Positions 24,479-31,589 of a DNA stretch of 39,154 bases are shown here, piece by piece (the first letter of the stretch is position 1; the number at the start of each line of letters is the position of its first letter). This stretch comes from an uncultured Thermoanaerobaculia bacterium (GTDB lineage Bacteria > Acidobacteriota > Thermoanaerobaculia > Thermoanaerobaculales > Sulfomarinibacteraceae), in contig CAYSHZ010000001.1 in NCBI GenBank assembly GCA_964430905.1, positions 1-39,154 on the forward strand, written 5' to 3'. A program made the position numbers and the translations under genes. The notes below the pieces were generated by a model. The model was not told where the DNA came from and ran no database searches. It worked only from the letters and a program-made list of their open reading frames with translations.

Positions 24479-26236
24479 ATGACCGACACGCTCCACCTGA
24501 AGTCTTTCGGCGACTATGTCCTTATCGACAAGATCGCCAGTGGAGGAATGGCTGATGTTTTCAGCGCACGCGTTGTCGGAATACGGGGATTTTCCAAGAC
24601 CGTCGCGATCAAGAGAATCTACGCCCACCTTGCGGAAGACCCTCATTTTGCCGCGATGTTCATCGATGAGGCCAAGATCGCGTCACGACTGTCCCATCCC
24701 AACATCGTGCAGATTCTCGAACTGGGAGAAGTCAAGGGCAGGCCCTTTATCGCCATGGAATTCGTCTCGGGACGAGACCTTTTCCATATTTTTGAGCGAC
24801 TGGAGGAAATCGGCGAGCCCTGTCCCTGGCCCATGGCCATCCGCATCACCCTGGATCTGGCACAGGCCCTTCACCACGCCCACGAGTACCGATCACCGGA
24901 CGGAACACCCCAATGCATCATCCACCGAGATGTCAGCCCCCGGAATGTCCTGGTGTCTTATTCCGGAGACCTCAAATTGACGGACTTCGGCATCGCCCGG
25001 GCCCGTGACCGGGAAGAACATACTGAACACGGCTTGATCAAGGGAAAGGCCCGATACATGAGTCCCGAAGCGGCAGCGGGAGAGGAGATCGATCGCCGCT
25101 CGGATATCTTCTCGTTGGGTATCATCCTTGCCGAACTCCTGACCATGGAGCCGTTTCGAACAGGCCCTACCAACATCGACATCATGCTGGCCATTCGGGA
25201 AGGGCGGGACAACGAACATCGTTTCGACGCCATACCGCCGGAACTGGCCTACGTCTTGGGCCGTGCGCTCAAACGTAACCCGGACGACCGGTACCCCACC
25301 GCCGAGGCATTCAGGTCGGACCTGGCAACCCTGGCGACCGGATCCCTTGCTCCGATGACGACTCTGGAGTTGGGGCATCTGGTCAGCGGGTTGTTCGACA
25401 AGGAACATGCTCTTGAACGCCGGCGGCAGGTCCAAGTCGACCAGGCCCTGGAGAAGAGACGGCGAGATCGTCCCCTGAAATCGAGTCCAGACGCGACTCC
25501 CTCTCCATCGGTTTCGATCGCCGCAACCCCAAAACGCTCAGGTTCGCTGAGGGAAACATCTTTGACCCAGCTCCTCGGTGAAATGCACCGGAACCGTCAG
25601 ACCGGACAGCTGGATCTCCTCCGCTCGCCCCTGGAAAAGTCTATTTTCTTCACCGGCGGAGCACCGGTATTCGTCGCGTCAAACGTCGAGAAGGAGGCTC
25701 TCGGCGAATACCTGGTTGCAGCCGGATTGCTGACTCCCGAAGACCACTCCAGACTCAAGGAGCAAACCCGGCACGGCAACCTTCAACTGGTCGATCTGCT
25801 TCTGAGGTCCAAGGCAATTGCACCTAATGAGCTCTTCCGGTCTCTCCGTGAACAGGTCCGGGATCGGATTCTCGACCTGTTCACGTGGAATGACGGAACC
25901 TTCTCCTTCTTCCCCGAAGGCCGACCGCCTGAAGCCGGGATGCCCCTGAATCTTCGATGTCTGGATCTGATTCACGAGGGCGTCATGGAACGAACCCCGA
26001 TGACGACCATTCGTACGGCAATCGGGAGTGACATCAGAGTCCTGGTACGGCGATCAATCTTCAACATTCCCCCGGACCTGACCCTCTCCGGATGGGACCA
26101 GCGAATCCTCCAACGGATCCAAACACAACCGAGCAGTCTTGCCGATCTCCTCAACGACACAAGCAGCGAAGAGAGGACCCTTCGTCTGGTCTACCTTCTC
26201 AGGGAACTCGGCCTCGTGGAGTTGCATATCACGTGA
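24479..26236 (+). CDS. Hanks-type Ser/Thr protein kinase with C-terminal DUF4388 domain
   Basis: ATG at 24479 (MTDTLHLKSFGDYVLIDKIASGGMADVF). Kinase motifs VAIKRI, HRDVSPRNVL, DFG and YMSPE. The C-terminal region LTQLLGEMHRNRQTGQLDLL...IFFTGGAPVFVAS...GTFSFFPE fits the DUF4388 pattern. Confidence 0.88.
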   Translation: MTDTLHLKSFGDYVLIDKIASGGMADVFSARVVGIRGFSKTVAIKRIYAHLAEDPHFAAMFIDEAKIASRLSHPNIVQILELGEVKGRPFIAMEFVSGRDLFHIFERLEEIGEPCPWPMAIRITLDLAQALHHAHEYRSPDGTPQCIIHRDVSPRNVLVSYSGDLKLTDFGIARARDREEHTEHGLIKGKARYMSPEAAAGEEIDRRSDIFSLGIILAELLTMEPFRTGPTNIDIMLAIREGRDNEHRFDAIPPELAYVLGRALKRNPDDRYPTAEAFRSDLATLATGSLAPMTTLELGHLVSGLFDKEHALERRRQVQVDQALEKRRRDRPLKSSPDATPSPSVSIAATPKRSGSLRETSLTQLLGEMHRNRQTGQLDLLRSPLEKSIFFTGGAPVFVASNVEKEALGEYLVAAGLLTPEDHSRLKEQTRHGNLQLVDLLLRSKAIAPNELFRSLREQVRDRILDLFTWNDGTFSFFPEGRPPEAGMPLNLRCLDLIHEGVMERTPMTTIRTAIGSDIRVLVRRSIFNIPPDLTLSGWDQRILQRIQTQPSSLADLLNDTSSEERTLRLVYLLRELGLVELHIT

Positions 26237-28347
26237 GACCCAAGGCGATTGGCTTTCTCGCCCTGGCCCTGGCCGCGTGGCTCGTGGGCGGCGCCCTCGA
26301 CCTGAAAACCACCGTCGAGGTCACCACATGGGACGGTCACATCGACTGGACAGTCGGCGCAACGACCCTGAGCGCACGAACCGAGGTCATTGATGTGGAC
26401 TCCATCACGATAACGGCCCGGCCTGGTGCCTTCCCAACCGGAGGATCCTTCGTCGAGATTCTTGGCCCAAAAAACCGAATTGACCGCAGCCGCCTTCCTC
26501 ACCATTTCTCATTTCCCCTCTCGCCACTCCCCCCGGTTGGAGACTGGTGGGTCGACGAGATGGCATCTCCCAAGACGGTCTATTCCGCACCGGCCGATCT
26601 TGGATCCAACTTCACCATTCGCGCCGGCATCAACGGCCGCCACCACCAATGGCTGCACATGGAGCTTGGCGGCACCCATGGCTTCTCCTGCGCTTTCCGC
26701 CGAGGCCTGCTCAACAACGATTTGGTAATTTTCGACCATCAGGGGAACGTTCTGGTATCAGGTTCCCTGGACCCCGAGCCGCTCGAACGCATCGGCGCCG
26801 CAACGACCACCCTCCTCAAGGCAATCTCGGGAGGCGCGTTGCTGCTGGCTCTGTGGACCATCATGGCAGGAATGGGTCTCGGTCGGACCAGGACCAGAAT
26901 TGTCTCCCTGAAACCTGGAGTTTTTACCGTAATTCTCGTTATTCTGGCTCTTTGCGGCGTTTCTCTGGCCATCTGGACCGCCGTAGGCATTTTCGAAAAC
27001 CTACCCCATCTGCCCGACGAAATCGTTTATCAACTCCAGGCTCGATGGCTGTTGTCGGGGCATCTGACCGGCCCTGAGCCCGTGTGCCCCGAGTACTTCA
27101 ACATCCCCTTGACCTATATCCGGGATGGCCGCTGGGTCGGCCACTATCCCCCCGTATGGCCTCTGATGCTGGCCCCCGGCATCAGTCTCAATGCCCCCTG
27201 GTTGATCCCTGCCCTCCTGCGCGGCGTTCATATCCTCCTGATGGGTCTCCTCGGACTCAGGTTGGGAGGCCGATGGACCGGCATCGCCGCCGCCGCATCG
27301 GCCCTGGCATCCCCTCTGGCCCTCCTCCTCTTCGGGTCCCGCATGCCCCACGCCGGCAGCGCAACACTCCTCCTGGCAGCTCTACTGCTCTGTCTGCCCC
27401 GAAATCGGGAAACCTCAGCCTGGCGTTGGATCGGCGCCGGATTCGCGTTCGGAGCGGCTTTCGGCATGAGACCGTTGACTGCGGTAGCCGTTGCGCTGCC
27501 CGTTGGTGTCTTCCACTTGCTGGAGACCATCGCAGGACGGCGACGGTGGAGAGACTCGGCCTCCCTGATATTGGCCGGTATGGCGGCTGCTCTTCCGACC
27601 CTGGCGGCCAACGAGATCATCACGGGATCCCCATGGACCTTCCCCTACGCCCTGGCCGAAGGATCGATGTATTCCCTCCACCACCTCGCCTTCGGTATCA
27701 GAAATCTGGACACCCTCCTGGCCTCGATGACACCGCTGGTTCACGGCTGGGGCTGGCCGTGGTTGGTGGGGCCCGTCTCGCAGGCTTTGCCCTTTGCCTT
27801 CGTTGCGGCCCTCTTCCTGTCCAGAAAGTCCACCAGAGAAGATCGACTGTTGATGGCCGTCGCTGCAACGGTTCTTCTGGCACACATCGGAACCCGGGCA
27901 ACCGGGCTTCACGGATTCGGGCCACGGTATCTCTTCGTGCCTTGCGGCATCGTGTGGATCCTGACCGCCCGAGGCGCAGCGGTCCTTGCCGAGGAGGAGA
28001 ATCGGAGACGACCGGTCGCCGCGATCATTCTCGGATTCTTGATTCTCAGTGCTGCAATTGCCAGCCCTCATCGCCTCGAACTCTACAAGGGCTATAACAA
28101 CATCAACGCCGACATCAGCCTGGCGGCAGCGGCCCTGCCCCCGTGTTCACTGGTCCTGCTTCCCGCAGATAACTGGCGCGGATGGGCCGGGGCATCACCC
28201 TGGCTGGGACTGGACGACGACCACACCGCGCCTCTCTTTGTCACCGATTTCGGGGAAACCCTGGGCCTTGAGTGGTGCTATCCCGATCGCCAATTCTACC
28301 GATGGGAGGACGGCCGCATGGTCCCGGTCCTGGAGGCTGTCCACTGA
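26233..28347 (+). CDS. GT-C fold membrane glycosyltransferase (PMT_2/ArnT-like) with ~230-aa N-terminal extracytoplasmic domain
   Basis: The GTG at 26233 overlaps the kinase stop (GTGA) and gives VRPKAIGFLALALAAWLVGGAL as TM1. The GT-C loop motif is LPDEIVYQLQARWLLSGHL...GHYPPVWPLMLAPG. Many TM segments follow. The track start at 26092 lies inside the kinase gene. Confidence 0.75.
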   Translation: MRPKAIGFLALALAAWLVGGALDLKTTVEVTTWDGHIDWTVGATTLSARTEVIDVDSITITARPGAFPTGGSFVEILGPKNRIDRSRLPHHFSFPLSPLPPVGDWWVDEMASPKTVYSAPADLGSNFTIRAGINGRHHQWLHMELGGTHGFSCAFRRGLLNNDLVIFDHQGNVLVSGSLDPEPLERIGAATTTLLKAISGGALLLALWTIMAGMGLGRTRTRIVSLKPGVFTVILVILALCGVSLAIWTAVGIFENLPHLPDEIVYQLQARWLLSGHLTGPEPVCPEYFNIPLTYIRDGRWVGHYPPVWPLMLAPGISLNAPWLIPALLRGVHILLMGLLGLRLGGRWTGIAAAASALASPLALLLFGSRMPHAGSATLLLAALLLCLPRNRETSAWRWIGAGFAFGAAFGMRPLTAVAVALPVGVFHLLETIAGRRRWRDSASLILAGMAAALPTLAANEIITGSPWTFPYALAEGSMYSLHHLAFGIRNLDTLLASMTPLVHGWGWPWLVGPVSQALPFAFVAALFLSRKSTREDRLLMAVAATVLLAHIGTRATGLHGFGPRYLFVPCGIVWILTARGAAVLAEEENRRRPVAAIILGFLILSAAIASPHRLELYKGYNNINADISLAAAALPPCSLVLLPADNWRGWAGASPWLGLDDDHTAPLFVTDFGETLGLEWCYPDRQFYRWEDGRMVPVLEAVH

Positions 28348-28380
28348 CGCATCACCGAGCAATAGAACAGTGTTCTTTTC

Positions 28381-29511
28381 TCAGCAAAACTCCGGACACA
28401 CGGCGAGGCGCCCGCGGCCCTGGATCAACATCTTGAGGTCAGATCCCATGCCTTCGGGGTCGAGAAGACGCTTGATTTCCTGGCGCTCCTGAACGATCCG
28501 GGCATCCATGGGCGCATCCATGCCCAGACCGAGATCCTCGGCAACGCCGGCCAGGCCGGCCCTGATCAGAAATTCCGCCAAGGGCCAGAGACCAATTTCC
28601 TGCCAGTCCTCGGCCTCTGCGGCACCCCTGAGATCATCCCAATTAACGTGAGCCGTAATATCCTGCTCTCCTGGGCTCTTCAAAGGATCCCGGGACAACT
28701 GGTGGCGCCTATAGCACGCAAGGGAACCCTGAGACCGGCCCCTGGAGTCGTACAGTCTCCGGGCGTCGTACCCATAGTCCAACGTCAACATCAGGGCATC
28801 GGGACCGGCCCACTGGAGATGATCCCTGTGAAGCTTCTGCGCCCCCAGACAGGCTTCGGCAACCTGCCCGGGCGTCAGCACGACTCGATGGTCTTCAAAA
28901 TAGGCTGCAACATCATCCCGCGCCGGCCGCCTCTGCCACACCAATGACCCGTTGGTCACGGCAACCAGCAATTCCTTCAGCCCATGCTCGTCGGCAATAA
29001 CGCGCTCGACCGGAAGGGCATCGTAAAGCTCGGAGGCATGGAGAACAACCGGCCCGGCAGGGCGCACGACTCGAGAAAGATCGGTAACGAGACCCCCAAT
29101 GGCGGGAAGCCGACCCTGGAGAAGCTTCCGCATCGCCGACGACCGCTCCACGGCGACAATCTCCCGAAGCACCTCGCCTGCCCGAGAACCCAGAGCCTCC
29201 GAAACACCGACCAGGAGGCTTCCGTCACCTGCGGCAAGGTCGACCAGGATCACCGGCCCTGTTCTGGCGGCCACCTGACTCAAGAAACCCGCAAGAACCC
29301 GGCAATACCAGGGCGAGGCCGTGGGCGCCGTCATGAAATCGCCTCGCCGTCCATACCTGGGCTCCGGCCCGCTGTAATAGCCGTGGTCGGGGTCATAAAG
29401 CGCCCGTTCCATGAACTCGGCAAAGGTGATCGCGCCACCCCGATTCTCGATGATTGACTCCATCCAGCCCATCCCTGGATTGTACGCTGTTTGAAACTCT
29501 CGGCCCCCCAT
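28381..29511 (-). CDS. MidA/NDUFAF7-family (DUF185) SAM-dependent methyltransferase
   Basis: Motifs ITFAEFMERALYDPDHGYY, GDFMTAPTASPWY and VDLAAGDGSL match the MidA family pattern. Alternative starts: ATG at 29472 or 29463. Confidence 0.8.
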   Translation of the reverse strand: MGGREFQTAYNPGMGWMESIIENRGGAITFAEFMERALYDPDHGYYSGPEPRYGRRGDFMTAPTASPWYCRVLAGFLSQVAARTGPVILVDLAAGDGSLLVGVSEALGSRAGEVLREIVAVERSSAMRKLLQGRLPAIGGLVTDLSRVVRPAGPVVLHASELYDALPVERVIADEHGLKELLVAVTNGSLVWQRRPARDDVAAYFEDHRVVLTPGQVAEACLGAQKLHRDHLQWAGPDALMLTLDYGYDARRLYDSRGRSQGSLACYRRHQLSRDPLKSPGEQDITAHVNWDDLRGAAEAEDWQEIGLWPLAEFLIRAGLAGVAEDLGLGMDAPMDARIVQERQEIKRLLDPEGMGSDLKMLIQGRGRLAVCPEFC

Positions 29512-29543
29512 CTCATCGCCGGCTTCCGGGAACCACCTTCCGG

Positions 29544-29572
29544 TTGCCGTTGGACCGGCTTTGTGCTATACA
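29544..29572 (+). promoter_or_regulatory. Candidate promoter of the rimP-nusA-infB operon
   Basis: TTGCCG (29544-29549), a 17-nt spacer, then an extended -10 TGCTATACA (29564-29572). Confidence 0.3.
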
Positions 29573-29595
29573 TTCACCGCTGCTTTCGAAAGAAG

Positions 29596-29620
29596 GTGGG
29601 CCCTGGGCCCACTTTTTTTT
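29596..29620 (+). terminator. Strong intrinsic terminator inside the rimP-nusA leader (candidate attenuator)
   Basis: GTGGGCC, loop CTG, GGCCCAC (29596-29612), followed by T8 (29613-29620). It lies 33 nt upstream of the rimP ATG. No plus-strand gene lies upstream for it to terminate. Confidence 0.75.
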
Positions 29621-29652
29621 ACGGCAGTAGGAAGGGTTTTTGATTCAATAGG

Positions 29653-30144
29653 ATGCCGTTGAACGCCGCCATCACAGAGCAACTTCACAGCCTCGTCGAG
29701 AGCGAAGGACTGACCTTGGTTACCACCGAACTGGTGGGGTCGGGTCCCAAGTCCATTCTGCGACTGATCGTCGACGGTCCTGACGGAGTCACACTGGACA
29801 AGTGCGCGACGATTTCCCACCAGGCATCTGCCCTTCTGGACGTCGAGGACCCTCTACCCCATACGTTCACGCTGGAGGTCTCCTCCCCTGGGCTCGATCG
29901 TAAACTCTTTTCAATTGAAGATTTTGAGCGATTCTCTGGAAGAAGAGTTCACGTTCGCATGGCACCTTCTTTTCGAACGCACCGGTCGGTGACAGGAGAA
30001 TTGATGGGCCTTGAAAACGGAATTCTCACGATCAAGGCCGACGGGGGTGACCGGATTGAACTCCCGTTCGACGATATCTTCGAGGCTCGCCTCGAAGTTG
30101 ATTGGGCCCAGATGATGAAGAAGAAAAGGAAGAGCAGTCGATGA
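29653..30144 (+). CDS. rimP: Ribosome maturation factor RimP
   Basis: Motifs LRLIVDGPDGVTLDKCATISHQASALLD and FTLEVSSPGLDRKL are RimP-typical. ATGA overlap with nusA. Confidence 0.9.
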   Translation: MPLNAAITEQLHSLVESEGLTLVTTELVGSGPKSILRLIVDGPDGVTLDKCATISHQASALLDVEDPLPHTFTLEVSSPGLDRKLFSIEDFERFSGRRVHVRMAPSFRTHRSVTGELMGLENGILTIKADGGDRIELPFDDIFEARLEVDWAQMMKKKRKSSR

Positions 30145-31589
30145 AGCTGGATATCAAGAACCTCGTCAACCAGATGGCGGCCGAGCGCGAAATCGAGCCG
30201 GAGACGCTGACCAATGCCGTCGCCGAGGCCATTGCCTCCGCGGCCCGGAAGCATTACAAGCAGCCGGCGGTCCATGCCGAAATCGACCCTGAAACCGGCG
30301 AAGTCTTCTGCTGGTCCGTTCGAACGGTTGCAGAACCGACCGAAGAGGCCCCCCTCGAACCGGGCGAGATGACGCTGGAAGAAGCCCAGGCGATCAATCC
30401 CGAGGCAGAGCTGGGGGATGAGATCAGGCTTGAGCCGTTGGACACGGACCAGTTGGGACGGATCGCCGCCCAGTCGGCCCGCCAGGTTCTCTTCCAGAGG
30501 GTCAGAGAAGCCGAGCGCGCGGTGGTTTTTCGGAATTACTCCGGTCGAATCGGGGAAATGATCAACGGTATTGTCAAGAGGGTCGACCGCGGAGCTGTGA
30601 TCGTCGAGTTGGGCGATACGGAAGGTATCATTCCTCGAAACCACCAGGTCCGCCAGGAGCGATACAGTTCGGGAGACCGAATCCGATCAGTGGTTGTGGA
30701 CGTCACGATGGACGCCGCACGACCCCAGATCGTCATGTCCCGGACCGATCCGCAACTCCTGATCAAGCTCCTGGAAATGGAGGTGCCAGAGATCTACGAC
30801 GGCACCGTCATCGTCAAGAAGTGTGTCCGTGAGCCTGGTGAACGCGCCAAGGTCGCAGTCTTCTCCAAGGATCGGGATATCGATCCGGTGGGGGCCTGTG
30901 TCGGCCTCAAGGGATCCAGAGTCCAGTCCATTACACGGGAACTCAAGGGCGAGAAGATCGACATCATCCCCTGGAACTCGGACCTGGTCACCTTTGCCCA
31001 GAACGCTCTGGCACCGGCCAAAATCAACCGCGTTGCGGTTCGAGAGGAACCGATCCAGGTTCCCATTCGTGACGAAGAAGGCAATCAGGTCCTCGACGAA
31101 GAGGGCGTTCCCATGACCGAACAGGGCAAGGAAATCGTCCTGGATATCATCGTCGGCACGGAGCAGCTTTCCTTGACGATTGGCCGAAGAGGACAGAACG
31201 TACGGTTGGCATCCCGCCTGCTGGACAGCCGGATCGAAATCAAGAGTGAAGAGGCGGTCAAGGACGAGCTGGCATCGGCCCTGGCATCAATGCTTCGGGA
31301 CATGGAAGGCGTCGATGACGTCACCGAACCTGAGACGCCCGAAGCAACCGAAGACCTGGACTACGATCTGATGATCCCGCTTGAAGAGATGGAGTTAATC
31401 TCCGAACGGCTGCGGGAACGTCTGGAAAGCCACGGAGTTCACACGGCGCAGGACGTCCTCGGGCGAACGCCCGACGAGCTGGCCACCATCCCGGGGATCG
31501 GTCCCGTCACGGCCCAACGGCTTCAGGACATGGTCCAACAGGCGGTCGATGAAGCGCGAGCCGAGGCCGCCGAGGCGGAGGAAGAATAA
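30141..31589 (+). CDS. nusA: Transcription termination/antitermination factor NusA
   Basis: ATG at 30141 (MKLDIKNLVNQMAAEREI). S1 domain (GEMINGIVKRVDRGAVIVELG). KH domains (GACVGLKGSRVQSITREL, IGRRGQNVRLAS). C-terminal HhH (IPGIGPVTAQRL). TAATG overlap with infB. Confidence 0.95.
   Translation: MKLDIKNLVNQMAAEREIEPETLTNAVAEAIASAARKHYKQPAVHAEIDPETGEVFCWSVRTVAEPTEEAPLEPGEMTLEEAQAINPEAELGDEIRLEPLDTDQLGRIAAQSARQVLFQRVREAERAVVFRNYSGRIGEMINGIVKRVDRGAVIVELGDTEGIIPRNHQVRQERYSSGDRIRSVVVDVTMDAARPQIVMSRTDPQLLIKLLEMEVPEIYDGTVIVKKCVREPGERAKVAVFSKDRDIDPVGACVGLKGSRVQSITRELKGEKIDIIPWNSDLVTFAQNALAPAKINRVAVREEPIQVPIRDEEGNQVLDEEGVPMTEQGKEIVLDIIVGTEQLSLTIGRRGQNVRLASRLLDSRIEIKSEEAVKDELASALASMLRDMEGVDDVTEPETPEATEDLDYDLMIPLEEMELISERLRERLESHGVHTAQDVLGRTPDELATIPGIGPVTAQRLQDMVQQAVDEARAEAAEAEEE

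Noticed and set aside
27084-28097. 337-aa plus-strand ORF in another frame of the GT-C gene
   Set aside because: The product is R/P-rich out-of-frame sequence, whereas the 26233..28347 frame gives coherent transmembrane helices.
28364-28376. Palindrome AGAACAGTGTTCT between convergent genes, followed by TTTC
   Set aside because: A one-nt centre allows only a 4-5-bp hairpin, which is too weak to call a terminator. I have no evidence for a binding protein.
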